Notes under the pieces: generated by a model
What the model saw: the letters and a program-made list of their open reading frames with translations, nothing else
Database searches by the model: none
Told to the model about the DNA's origin: nothing
Position numbers and translations under genes: made by a program
Shown here: positions 1-11,617 of the stretch, piece after piece
Layout: the number at the start of each line of letters is the position of its first letter
How positions within the stretch are numbered: the stretch's first letter is position 1
Source of the DNA: Eledone cirrhosa
Taxonomy: Eukaryota
Assembly: GCA_964016885.1 (NCBI GenBank)
Contig: OZ024741.1
Span: 366,978,001-367,042,000, forward strand
Reading direction: 5' to 3'
Length of the DNA: 64,000 nucleotides

Positions 1-260
1 GTTTTGTCCAGTCTTGCGGGCTGCCTGAGTCAAGTCTTGATTGATGGACAATGTTGGTGCTTTGGCCAAGAAAGTTTGGGCAGCTTTGAGGATTCTGATG
101 ATGACTCTCCGTGACTACCTTCAGCGAGAGATTGTCACGAGGGCCTCGTCCGGGTCTAGCAAGTCCAGGTCCCTAGTAGTTCCTTCCATCATTGGTTGGG
201 TGGTAGTAGCAGCAGTACAGGATGGGAATAATGATAATAAATGGGTTCTTGGGGCAGTCT
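1..260 (-). pseudogene. Decayed ORF fragment, probably from a non-LTR retrotransposon (CRE-like N-terminal region); continues off the window edge
   Basis: GC-richer than its flanks. The minus strand reads ...DLLDPDEALVTISR*R*SRRVIIRILKAAQTFLAKAPTLSINQ, then after a frameshift DSGSPQDWTK. This resembles the RIPKAAR...W segment I recall upstream of RT in CRE-like elements. It has in-frame stops, and the family call is from recall only. Confidence 0.3.
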
Positions 261-314
261 GAGATGGAGGGGGGGGGGGCAGAGAGATATGACTGCTTCA
301 GAGTAATTGGAGAG

Positions 315-359
315 GTAGTAGTAGTAGTAGTAATAGTAGTAGTAGTGGTGGTGGTGATG

Positions 360-428
<69 letters not shown>
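315..428. repeat. (GTA)n/(GTG)n trinucleotide microsatellite
   Basis: Directly visible; it generates the poly-Thr and poly-Val ORFs 173..481 and 222..470. Confidence 0.95.
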
Positions 429-429
<1 letters not shown>

Positions 430-905
430 ATGTTGACAGTGATGATGTTTTGTCTCTTAAGGTAGTTTGAGGAAGTAGCAAATTTGAAAAGCTGAAATGT
501 GAAGGATAGTTGTTGTTATCGACCTGGTCACTCTGTTAGTATGTTGATTTTGTTCTCTGACCATTTTTTTAATTATTAGTTTTGGAGACATGTTGTCTAG
601 TCATCCTCTTATATCTTTTCTTCTTTTCTGTTCTTTACTGTCCCCCTCACCCCTCTCTCTCTCTCTCTTTCATGTGTGTGTGAATGTGTGGGTGTCTGAT
701 TCCTGTGTGGATATTCAGGAGCAAGGTTTGTGCAGAAATTTGTTTCAATAATGAGAAATTTGTACTTACAGAATTCGTAGACAAAAATATTTAGTTAGAA
801 AATAAACCAATGGCTTTGAATTGCCATCACTTATTCGGTATCCATTATATATAGTATTTGTTACAATCCTCAACATTAAATACAGAGAGAGCACACACAT
901 AATAT

Positions 906-1862
906 ACTAGACATGAAAAATGCGCAAGCTCAAAAGTGCCACAGAATGTTATAATAAACCTTCAAAAGTGTGGGACTAGAGTTGTTGCTAAAAAATATTG
1001 TAATCATTATATATCGTACATTCTGTGGCATCCTTTATAAAAATAGCTTAAACCAACGAAGCCTTTATTTTTACGCTATTTCACTTAGTTAATTCTTAGA
1101 GTGTAACATATAAAAATATGATTTACAACTATAAAATAAATTAATTAATATAATAACAGAGCTGCGGAGCTGAAATTTAGGAAATAATGGAGTATCGGAT
1201 CCTGAGTTGGAGCCAGTCAATTTTTGGCCGACTCCGCAGCCCTGTATAATACATTTCATATTAAAGTTATTAATAAACCTATTTTACACTTCATGCAAAT
1301 TACCACGAGATATTGATATTAGATATAAGATACAGCGCAATATCTACAGCTGTAAAAGTACGAAAGCGAAGTAATAATAAGTGGCTTAAGGTAATTCCAA
1401 TATGAAAGTTTGTAGTGATAAAAATTTGATAATGCAATACGATTGTTAATATTATAGTTCTATGAAAATGTAACAATAGATAACTAAATTATTTTACTAT
1501 TAGTATATTTAAGAAATTATCATTATAGATTTGATCGTTCATATAAGCATCATATTAAGTTTCAACACAATTATTTTGTTACTATGAGTATATGATAATA
1601 ATATTACGTAATTATTTATAGCTGTTATTACATTAAACATAGATGTATTTATTTTTATATGTTACACTCTAAGAATTAACTAAGTGAAATAGCGTAAAAA
1701 TAAAGGCTTCGTTGGTTTAAGCTATTTTTATAAAGGATGCCACAGAATGTACGATATATAATGATTACAATATTTTTTAGCAACAACTCTAGTCCCACAC
1801 TTTTGAAGGTTTATTATAACATTCTGTGGCACTTTTGAGCTTGCGCATTTTTCATGTCTAGT
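906..1862. mobile_element. Fold-back / long-TIR non-autonomous DNA element (possibly Mutator-like)
   Basis: 906-1118 is the exact reverse complement of 1650-1862 (213 bp, no mismatch on manual comparison), with a 531-bp AT-rich spacer. The flanks share only TAATAT (900-905 / 1864-1869), so the TSD is imperfect and the superfamily uncertain. Confidence 0.8.
1157..1244. mobile_element. 88-bp hAT-type MITE nested in the fold-back spacer
   Basis: TIRs CAGAGCTGCGGAG / CTCCGCAGCCCTG; 8-bp flanks TATAATAA / TATAATAC (7/8 match), the TSD length typical of hAT elements. Confidence 0.75.
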
Positions 1863-2410
1863 TTAATATTTTTTTAAGGCAACGCTTGTAATAACTCTAG
1901 TTAAACAGGATATATATTAATAATAAATTATCGTTGTAATGTAATTAGATTATGTAATTGTTATTATAAATTATCTTATAAATATTAGTGTAAGATGTAT
2001 AAAAATATTTTCAGACTTTTAATATAAACAACTACAAAAAACAATCAATATTAAATCAATATATTATACATAATAGAAAACATAAAATATACAATACAAA
2101 AACAAAATATTTACATACAATTGCAATTATCAGTGTATATACATTTTCTTTATATTCCCTGAGCAAATTAATAAGATTTGTTTTTATTGTACATAATTTG
2201 ATGACTTGTTGGAGTGTATTAAAAGATAGCAATAATTTGTGATTAAATTGTTATCTTAAGCAACTCACTTTTTAATAGTTGTTGGCTGAGCGAAATTGTA
2301 AAAGCCTATGAGCAAATATAAAAAAAAATACACAAACAACATTTCCTTGTGTTATTACAACATTAGATAAAATAATTGAGCAATGTTTTGCTCTTATTGC
2401 ACATTAATAG

Positions 2411-2578
2411 TGTTTCTATTTTTCGGCACAAATCCATTACGGCAGTCCATTACTGGTACTTTATTTTATCGAATTAGTAAGTATGAAAGTCGAAGTTAAC
2501 CTCGGCAGGATTTGAACTTAGAATGCAAAGGACCATAACAATACTGCAAAGCATGGTGTCTGACGCTCTACCAATACT
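2411..2578 (-). mobile_element. tRNA-derived SINE, family A (diverged copy)
   Basis: Reverse complement aligns to the full-length copy at 31497-31685. Short fragments of the same family lie at ~3265-3320 and ~3445-3490. Confidence 0.85.
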
Positions 2579-2971
2579 TGTGTTGAGCTGGTCATTAATT
2601 TATGGTGGTCGTGCGTGGAGTAGAGCAATCGCTAGTTGAAATATTATGAACAAAACATTTTTATTTGCCGAAGAACATATTTTCAATACTGTTTGTGAAT
2701 GTGACGAAGGAAATACATTCTGATATGGAACAGTGTTCAAAGTGTGTCTGTGAATAACATAATGTTACCTCATGTTGTTGTCAAGACATAATGGATTTCG
2801 TATATCCAGTTAGAAGATGAAACCTAGCCATCTCGGATTAGTTATATTTCATGCCATGTGTAAACGTGTTTGAGGATAGCAAAATATGCGCGTTAATTAT
2901 AATAATTAGTTAATAATATTACAAAATATACCTAATTAAACTCTTTGCTTGAAATTTTATCATTCTTCGTT

Positions 2972-3010
<39 letters not shown>

Positions 3011-3851
3011 GGAGAGAGAGAGAGATTTATCTAGTCCTTCGCTCAAGATTAATCTATAAGTTTAGATGTTTGCCTTCGTTTAAGTAAATATTACAGTAAG
3101 ATTTTTAATATAAACAACTACAAAAAACAATTAATATTAAAACGAAAAAATTATCAATGATAAAAGAAGCGGATGCAACTTTTTTTTTTATAAAGTTATA
3201 TTCCTGTTTCTTTAAAGAACATTTCATTTTTGTTCTATTGTAGGCGAAATAATTGTTTCTACTATTGGCACAAGGCCAGAAAATTACCCAGTACATTACT
3301 GGTACTTTATTTTATCGACAGGGAAGATATAACTTACGAATTATGTCTCTAACCGTGTAACGCTTTTTAAGTAGATAACTACAATTGAAAATACTAAAGA
3401 AATGGAACCAACAATTCAATTTGAAAGTCGTCTAGTGACAGTGTATTACTGGTACTTTATTTTATCGACCCCGTAACGATGAAAGGCAAAAATGCAAATG
3501 CTTAAAATTTAAATTGCCTTAATTCTATCGTCTGCTGTTTCATTAAAGGGAGATTATCGTCTGTATTTAATTCTATCGTCTACTGTTCCACTAAACAGAT
3601 ATACCTCCACTATCGTCTCTATTTATACATTTTAACTTATAACTTATACACATTTGATTTGAAATATTTTATCTAGTCCCCCCTCTCAATATTATGATGA
3701 TTTCTTTCGAATGAAACAGTTCTAGTCCTGTAGAAGCCATTTATATATATAATTGAACTGAGTTAAAAATTCACAATATTTATAATTAAATAAGCTCATA
3801 TATATATGTGTGTATTTATCTGTTTATTGTATTATATATAATGTGTGTATA

Positions 3852-3960
3852 TACAGGATGTCCCCCAAAAATATATACACACTTCAACAGCATTCTAATA
3901 ACTATTGCCTGTACAGGTAATCAAAGTGTCAATCGAATGTTAGTTTCGTGTTTTAACAGT
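3852..3960. mobile_element. Tc1/mariner-like MITE fragment
   Basis: TA-CAGGATGTCCCCCAAAAA terminus. The internal TTGCCTGTACAGGTAATCAAAGTGT recurs at ~19205-19229. No second TIR was seen. Confidence 0.5.
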
Positions 3961-4059
3961 ACAAATTTACAATACACACATAAAACCAGTGTATATACAT
4001 ACATGAGTGTGTATACACATACATGAATGTGTATATACAATATATATGTATATATATAT

Positions 4060-4579
4060 AGACACATATATTCACGGTGCAACGGTACATTAAAATATAG
4101 ATGCGGGAGAGGGGGGGATGTATATATAGGGGCGCTGGGGATAAAGGAGTGTAAAGCGTGTGTAATTGATATATTGAAGGAGAGGAGCGTGCAGCGATAG
4201 AGTAACAAATATATAGAGAGGGGGAGAGATGGTATTGAAGGGGAGGAGTGCAAAGCGAAAGAGTAAGAGATATATATAGAGACGGAACAGATAGAGAGAA
4301 ACAGGCGTAAGTAACAGTGGAAGAGATATAGAGAGAGGTACTCTGATTGGTTGAAAATTAGCCAATGACATACGATCACCACCACCACGGCTATCCCCGA
4401 AAATTTTTTAAAGAAGCTAGGCATATATGTTAGAACACGAAAAGTGAACATTCTGTTGTTTCACACTTTTCGTGTTCTAACAGATAGAAGGCTCAGCTGT
4501 CATTCCATTAGACATGACACTTTGTAGAATAATTATTTCAACTAGCAGAAAAACCACCCTTCGGGTGGTTTTCTGCTAG
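4060..4579 (+). mobile_element. Putative non-autonomous Helitron-like element
   Basis: CpG/GA-rich block ending in a GC-core hairpin (AAAACCACCC-TTC-GGGTGGTTTT) followed by CTGCTAG, matching the Helitron hairpin + CTRR 3' rule. The 5' boundary is approximate. Confidence 0.45.
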
Positions 4580-4804
4580 CATGTGTAGTATGTATATTGA
4601 TATTATACGCAGGTATATATACATGTAGATATGATACATCAAATAAAATCGTAATTGACAATATACACAGAAATTGAACAAAGACTACGTTACACTGTCT
4701 TATGTAATCAGTAACGTAATCCATGATGCATAAAAAAAAAGACGATATTACATATAAACTGCATTAAGAGAAAATTAGTGACAGAAAATTAGTATGTTTA
4801 TTTA

Positions 4805-4900
4805 AGCGATCGCCACCGGAAGTGTTGACATCACACACTTTCGCTTTCTATATATATGGTAGTTGAAGTGATGGTGGTGGCGACGATATAGCGGAAGTGT
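4805..4900. promoter_or_regulatory. CpG-rich promoter-like element with two ETS sites
   Basis: CCGGAAGTG at 4816-4824 and GCGGAAGTG at 4891-4899 in a CpG-retaining patch. No linked gene was identified. Confidence 0.4.
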
Positions 4901-5081
4901 AACTTTGAAAAGAAGTCAATTTTAAATTATTTATTTTTACGAAATTATTTTTGTTTACGAAATTTAGTAGATAAATTATGTAATATTCATTTATTATTTA
5001 TTCAAAGTAATCCAACTTATTTTACTAACGGAGTAAAAAACAAACCGTACGCAGTCCCGCCGACCTTATTATAGTTTAGAT

Positions 5082-5374
5082 CAGTGCTACTCAAAGTGGT
5101 GGTCCGCGAGCCATCAGCTACCGGTACACGGCCAGTGTCCAGGCCATGCTAAGGAATCATTTGAGGAATTTTTTTTATTACTTTTTTATATGTTTTGATA
5201 TTGTATTATTTGTTTACAAAATAAATAGAAGATTAAAAAATGGTCAACTTTTATTATATTCATTATATATATTGTTTCCGGTATAAATTAATATTACTAC
5301 GAAATATTAGCGGTACGTGGCACATTGAAAAAAAAAATGCTGGTCCGCCACATCAGATAGTTTGAGAAGCACTG
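5082..5374. mobile_element. hAT (Charlie-like) MITE, 293 bp
   Basis: TIRs CAGTGCTACTCAAA / TTTGAGAAGCACTG; perfect 8-bp TSD GTTTAGAT (5074-5081, 5375-5382). Confidence 0.92.
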
Positions 5375-6970
5375 GTTTAGATGACTCTTTTCTCCCTTTT
5401 CCTTTCAACTTTCTGTTTCTTTTCAGTTTTTCTTTCTTTTCTTTGCTGTAACCTTCTTATTAAATTATATGTTGTTTTTGTTTCATTTTGATATACTTCT
5501 GTGTATTATATCTATAAGGTTCCATGAATTCTATTTCCATGTGAAACACCATGACTACAATACAATCACCCTCGTTGCTGCCCCCCCCCCCCCCCCTTTT
5601 TTTTTCTTACCAAGAATTTGGAATGATTTAGTAATATAACTTTGTTATTTTAAACTGGTATTTGGAACATAAAGATTCTTCCATAAAATTATAATTGAAT
5701 ATGCAAATGAGGCTAATCAGCCGATGTATACATTTGAGAATACTATGTAGTTTCAGTAGTTCCATGAACTAGCAAACAGGAGAATACACAATCTTGATAA
5801 GGAACAAAACACTCTTTTGTTGATTGTTTTCTCTCAGCTTCTGCGGAAGTTTTATGTGGCTGTTTACTTGTAAATAAACCGAATATTATAATATTATTGT
5901 TATTCACTCACAAATACATTTAGGTATCCACCATCTTAAGAGTGAAAACAAATTTTGTTTTTAAAATATTTTAGATAAATAAAAACAGATTATTATTGTA
6001 AAACTGAGGGCAGTTCAGAATAAAAAGGATTAAATCTTACAAGAGAAGTAATACTGAATACTTAACCAGTTAGAAATATGATGGAAGGTTTTCAGATAAA
6101 TATAAACACTTTAAAATAAATAGCTTACTATCATAGTAAGGTTTTAAGCAGTTTGTTATCAGAAGAATTAAACCATACAAAAAAAAACAAAAAAAATGGC
6201 GTCTCTTTGGCCAAATGATTTATAGTACCCACCGCTACCAGCATTTCATATCTTTTACATATATTATGTCAAGACCTACCTACCCAGTCCTACATACTTT
6301 CTAATTTATATCTATCCCACTTTCTTCCATTTCTCTCTCTATTCATTTCATAGTAATTTTTTTCCTTATTAAATACACCTGTCATACAAAGATTTTGCCA
6401 AACCTCTAATTACACTTCATTATCCAAAGTTTTTCTTTTTTTTTTTTCCATATTTTTTCTATTCTGTTATTGTTTAGCCAGCCATGGCAGCCTGCCACTA
6501 TATAGTTCTGTTCATGTCTAATGAGATTCTTAGTTCAACCACAAATATTATTTGTAGTTAGCAATAGGCTATCATAAATACCAAAGTTTATTTTAATAAT
6601 CACCCATCCCACTTCTATTCTATTTAAATGTGTATTAATTCAATCAAATGTTTCTTATGGTAACATTGTATGTTTGGTGTGGCTACAGCTGCAGCCAGTT
6701 CCGCGTGATGGCTTCATGGATGAGGATAAGTGTATGCTATTCTGCAGGCCAAAAGAATCCAGACATTCATTCCCTGGTTGCATCAATGCTGCTTGGCACC
6801 ACTGGAGGGCGTGCTACTGTCAGAATCATTGAGATTTTCAGTCAATAGCTGATGAAGAAAATGCCCTGCAGTGCAAGCCCCATGTAAAATAACAAATACC
6901 TCTGAGTATATGGATGTGTGTTATATTTATATATCTGTATTTATATATTATATCCATATACATTTTGTGT

Positions 6971-7262
6971 AAAGGCACATGCCTAACGGTATGAGTTCAA
7001 TTACTGGCAGTGCAGTGTGTCCTTTAGCAAAAACACTTTATTTTGTGTTGTTCGTCAACTAAGCTGGCAAAAATGTGTTGTAATTATAGTTCAAAGGGAC
7101 AGCATTGTCACACATTTGCCAAACCAAATTTCCCAGAAAATTACATTATGCATGCATGTATCTGTAGAATATTCAGCCATTTACATGTTAACTTCATGAG
7201 CAGGCTGTTTTGATGTTCACACAGTTAGAACATTTGTTGCCAGAACTAACGAGGTTCAACAC
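6971..7262 (+). mobile_element. tRNA-derived SINE, family B (CORE-like centre)
   Basis: GAGTTCAATT B-box remnant followed by GTGTCCTTTAGCAAAAACACTTTATTT. It is homologous to copies at 12385-12668 (-), ~40057-40210 (-), 42697-42940 (+) and ~54750-55016 (-). Confidence 0.7.
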
Positions 7263-7288
7263 ACCCACTAATCCATACATTTTGTTAA

Positions 7289-7319
<31 letters not shown>

Positions 7320-7322
<3 letters not shown>

Positions 7323-8380
7323 TCTCTTTTACGTTCATTTTTCCACTCTTGCACGGGTTTGATGGGTTCTATTCAGCACAGTATATCTCTAGTTGTCACG
7401 GCCCTTCATCTCGTCTGTGAGCCAGTGATTTGAGATTAGCTCTCACCACCTTCACCCAAGTCTTCCTTGCTCTACCTTTACTGTGGCTTCTTACCACTGG
7501 AATTCCCTAGCACTTCTTCATCTATGCACAACACATGTCCATACCAACGCAGTCTTCTCTCTTGGACACCACTTCGGGTTCCTCTTAAACCTAGCTTCTC
7601 CCTCAGTTTATCCATGCTCTGCCTTTCTCTCACATTTACATTACACATCCAATGAAGCATGGTTGCTTCTTTTCTCTCCAGCCTATGCATGTCCTCTGCA
7701 GTCACTACCAATTCAGCATCACACTTTGCGCACACGTGTCATACAGCCATTCTTTTGTACGTAGGGAGAAAGCTTTTGTTGTCAATAGTGAAAGTAGCTT
7801 TCTAAACTTCTTCTATCCTATCCTTATTCAAGATGTTATGTTTTCGGAGCCCACTCTTCTGCTGCTGATTAGGTCATTAAGATAGCAGAAGCTATCAACC
7901 ACTTCTATGGATATTTCATGTGACTGGAAAAGGTTTCAATCAGTGAGGCATCTACATACAAAGTCTTCCCCTCCAGTTAATCTACTTGTTATCCCTAGCT
8001 TGTGTACCAAAGTTTTACATTGTGTACATTGCATAGAGTTTATGCCTACTCCTTTCTCACATATTGAGCAGGGCAACTTCTCTGAAGCAATCAGGATCCT
8101 ATCTTTGCTCCTACTTACAAGCACTTTAGTTTTGGCTAAGTTTACTCTCAGCCTTTTTAATTTCAAATTCTGTTTTCCATAACTGGAAATTATTCTCTGG
8201 TTCTTTTATGGATTCAGCTATAAGGACCAAGTCATCTGTATAAAGAAGTTCCAATGGACAGCCAGTCATAAATTCCTGATATGGCATGATGAACAACAGT
8301 GAGCTGAGATCCAAACCAGATTAACTCCTACCAGTACTTTGAATTCCTCACTAAACTCACTTCCTACTCTTACTTTAGTG

Positions 8381-8383
<3 letters not shown>
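7320..8383 (-). mobile_element. RTE-clade LINE, 5'-truncated and frameshifted reverse transcriptase
   Basis: Minus-strand ORFs give SEEFKVLVGV, GCPLELLYTDDLVLIAES (YADD motif), LRVNLAKTKVL, CSICEKGVGINSMQCTQCK and ERRLRWYGHVL. The 3' end carries the family tail at ~7320-7365. Confidence 0.9.
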
Positions 8384-8427
<44 letters not shown>

Positions 8428-8429
<2 letters not shown>

Positions 8430-9490
8430 TCATCATCATTATCATCACCATTTAATGTCTTATTTTCCATGCTTGAATGGGTCAGACAGGTTGGCCATGG
8501 TATGAGGTAAGTCTGGTCATTTACAGTGTGGAACTGCATGTTCCCATTATGGGGAGGGTCTGGCCAGTTGGCCGCGTTATACCTAGCTCACACTAGACCA
8601 GGTTTCGGCTACTTGATGTCCTTCCTAAAGACCAACCACATTTACAGTGTGGAACTGGGTGGTCCTATTATGAGTGGGATCTGGCCAGTTGGCTGTGCCA
8701 TACCCAGCTCATAGCGGAACCGTGGAACTGGGTGATTCTGTTATGAGGTAGATCTGGCCAGATGGCCATATTGTACCCGGCTCATAGCGGGACCTGTGTT
8801 TTAACAGGGATTTTTATGGCTGTTGGATGCCTTTCTTAACACCAACCACATTTATAGAGTGAGACCGGGTGCTCACACTTATGAGGCAAGTCAGACCAGC
8901 GGACCCATATTATGGGAGCTGGGTGGGCATGTTATGAGGGAGGTAGGCCTGTTGGCCATATTGTGACCTGTGTTGCTAGTAGTAGAACCGTATTTTTGGC
9001 TGGGATTTCATGACTGCAGAATGCCCTTCCTAAGCACAAGCCATGTTTACAGTGTGGGCTGGACTAGGTTGTTGATTCAGGTCTACTGTCATACATCATA
9101 GTGCCAGAAGGCTCGGTCTTGTGTCATCTTTATCGAGAGGTTCAGTTGTGCTAGGTCAGCCTTTATCGTTTCACCCGACGTCTTCCTCTTCTGAGGCACC
9201 CTACAACCTCGAGCACCCTGCATATTTTTATGCAGCTGTTATCCTTCATGCACATCTCATGTACATACAATGCAGTCTTCTTCCAACCTTTGTAGAACCT
9301 TGGCACACACTGACATCATACAGCTTGCCTTTTATCTTGAGTGAGAAAGTTTTGTGTTTAGCAACAGCAGCAGCTCCCTGAACTTTTTCTATCCCATCTT
9401 TACTCTGACAGCTGTACTTTCTGTGCATCCACCGCTGCTGCTGATTTGGTTATATCCAGGTAGCAGAAGCTATTGACTATTTCTATGGGG
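8428..9490 (-). mobile_element. RTE-related non-autonomous element with internal diverged tandem repeats
   Basis: (CAT)n tail with the TTTTCCATGCTTG..GGGT 3' end. 9200-9490 gives RTE residues (FSLKIKGKLYD). The GGATGCCTTCCTAA..CCAACCAC motif is shared with many copies across the window. Confidence 0.7.
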
Positions 9491-9520
9491 TATATATATA
9501 TGTATATATTCATATTATAT

Positions 9521-9735
9521 TGTCGTGGGTTCGATTCCTGGGTTGTGTGTTGTGTTCTTGAGCAAAACACTTCATTTCACGTTGCTCCAGTATACTCAGC
9601 TCAAAATAAGTACCAGCAATAACTGGGGGTTTAACCCTGCGATGGACTGGTGTCCTGTCCAGGGGGAAGTCTTGTACTCTGTCGTTTCATGCCATGAAAC
9701 CGGGATAAGCACCAGCCAAATGAGCCTTCTGGCTT
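9521..9735 (+). mobile_element. tRNA-derived SINE with CORE-like centre
   Basis: B box GGTTCGATTCC, then GTGTTCTTGAGCAAAACACTTCATTTCAC and AACCCTGCGATGGACTGG..CCAGGGGG. Confidence 0.8.
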
Positions 9736-10033
9736 AAGACAGACTTTAGACTTAGACTGTATTATATAATGTATGATGTTGCTTTGGGATCGCTGGCTTA
9801 CGATGACTACGTTGTATATACAAATATATACACAGCATTTATGTATGTTATGCAGTGATACTTTATGTATCCAGTACACCATATCCATTTGTCTGTAAGA
9901 GACAATTGAAAGGGTTGGTGACAGGAAGAGCATCTAGATTTAAAATATTGCCTGAAAAAGGAGCCCATGATGAGTATGAAGCCTGTTATGGCGGCTGTTC
10001 AGCTAACCCCTACTTTAGATAATGTATTCATAT

Positions 10034-10199
10034 TGGTGGATTGGCAGTATCGGTAGAGTGTTGGACGCCATGCTTTGCAACATAGAGTTACAGCCGTTTA
10101 CTGTCTGAGTTCAAATCCTGCCGAGGTTAACTTTGTCTTTCATCCTTACAGTAATGCACTGGGATAATTGCTGGCCTTGTGCCAAAAGTAGAAACAATT
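10034..10199 (+). mobile_element. SINE family A, near full length with internal deletion
   Basis: A box TGGCAGTATCGG, B box GAGTTCAAATCC, 3' end GCCAAAAGTAGAAACAATT. Confidence 0.9.
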
Positions 10200-10714
10200 A
10201 GTAGTCGTACTGAGACAAAAATAACTATGAAACATAGGTTGGTGATACTCATTTGCATGTAGTGCAAAATAAAGCATCAGTTGGAGATGTTCATTTGTAT
10301 ATGGATCATATGGCTAGGATTAATTAGCATTAGCACGAACATAGTCTGGTTGAATAAAAGACAGGATAGTGATGCTGGAATGCAATATGAAATGTGACCT
10401 GCTATAAATAAGAGTCAAATCCCCTCAAGCCAAATACAACATTGTTTAAAAAAATAAATAAATAAAATAAAGGTAGGACACATTAGATAATATACTCTTA
10501 TATTAGATATACATGTTGAATAAAAGATTGGATGGTGAAAACTGAATGCAATTCAATCACAGATTTGTTCCACATTGCTGGCCTGGGGCTAAATAACAAC
10601 AATAACAAAAACTATAGAAAAAAAGCTTCCTGCAAGTATTTGCCCTATAAACTCATTGCCACACACACCACCATCATTTATCTTCTTCAAAGAATTATAT
10701 ATATATATATACAC

Positions 10715-10775
<61 letters not shown>

Positions 10776-11336
10776 CACACACACACACATATATATATAT
10801 AAAGTTAGTGATATGTGATGATGAATGTTTTCGATAGAGTGTTTATGCAGTCGTCTAATAATATAGATATGGTATTAACCAGCTGTGTTACAGAAATATC
10901 TCTTAATATCGGTTACAAATTACTACAGGGAGTTTGTCGTCCTATATATATATATATATATTTAACAGTTTAGAATCAATACCTTCAGAGTTTACATATA
11001 TGCATACAAATCATTCACACACACGCATATATATATTTAAATTATATATATACATACATATAAATAATCAGAAATCAAATGAAAATGATATATACACACA
11101 TAAAGTGTGTATATCACAGTTTTATCAAAATTAGTTGCTTCCAACCAAACATACTCTAAAACTGAGTAAAGTGATAACTTCTAGACATTTTAGATAACAA
11201 TAACCGGCCAATAACATTAAGCGGCGGTCATAACAAAACCCGATCGTGTTTGGTTGGGATCCACTAATTTTGACAACTGTCCGTTTGATAACAAGGAGTA
11301 ATTACAAGTGGCTTTCACTGAATGTGTGTGTATATA

Positions 11337-11617
11337 CAGTTGTCCTCCCCGTATTCGCAGGGGTTACGTTCCTAGAGCACCCGCGAAAATTGAGAAACTG
11401 CAAATATTGGAGGTGGTCCATAAAAATGCCTATAAATGCCCATAACGTAAAATATAGGCCGGCAAATACGGTACACTGTTATTTATAATTTAGCGTTTAA
11501 AAAAATATATATTGCCACGAAAAGAGCCATTAAAAAAATCGTGGAAGATATTTACGATTCCGCGAACAATTATTAGTTAGGTTCTAAGGAAAATCCGCGA
11601 ATACCGGGGGTACACTG
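11337..11617. mobile_element. Tigger/pogo-like MITE
   Basis: Imperfect TIRs CAGTTGTCCTCCCCGTATTCGCAG / CCGCGAATACCGGGGGTACACTG; TA on the left flank, TG on the right. Confidence 0.7.

Noticed and set aside
173-481. Thr-rich mucin-like ORF and the opposite poly-Val ORF
   Set aside because: Produced by the (GTA)n microsatellite; no splice or domain support.
760-840. Minus-strand exon ending at a GTAAGT donor (~768)
   Set aside because: No convincing acceptor or recognisable peptide, and the ATG-initiated frame stops before the donor.
4542-4579. Rho-independent terminator-like hairpin
   Set aside because: Eukaryotic context with no upstream gene; better explained as a transposon terminal structure.
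6700-6856. C/D-box snoRNA (GTGATGG ... CTGA)
   Set aside because: Box C is imperfect, the terminal stem is negligible, and I recognise no rRNA or snRNA guide; an Rfam scan would be needed.
8490-9065. Repeat-spacer-like pattern suggesting a CRISPR array
   Set aside because: The units are diverged and irregular, the 'spacers' are related to each other, there are no cas genes, and the context is a eukaryotic retroelement.
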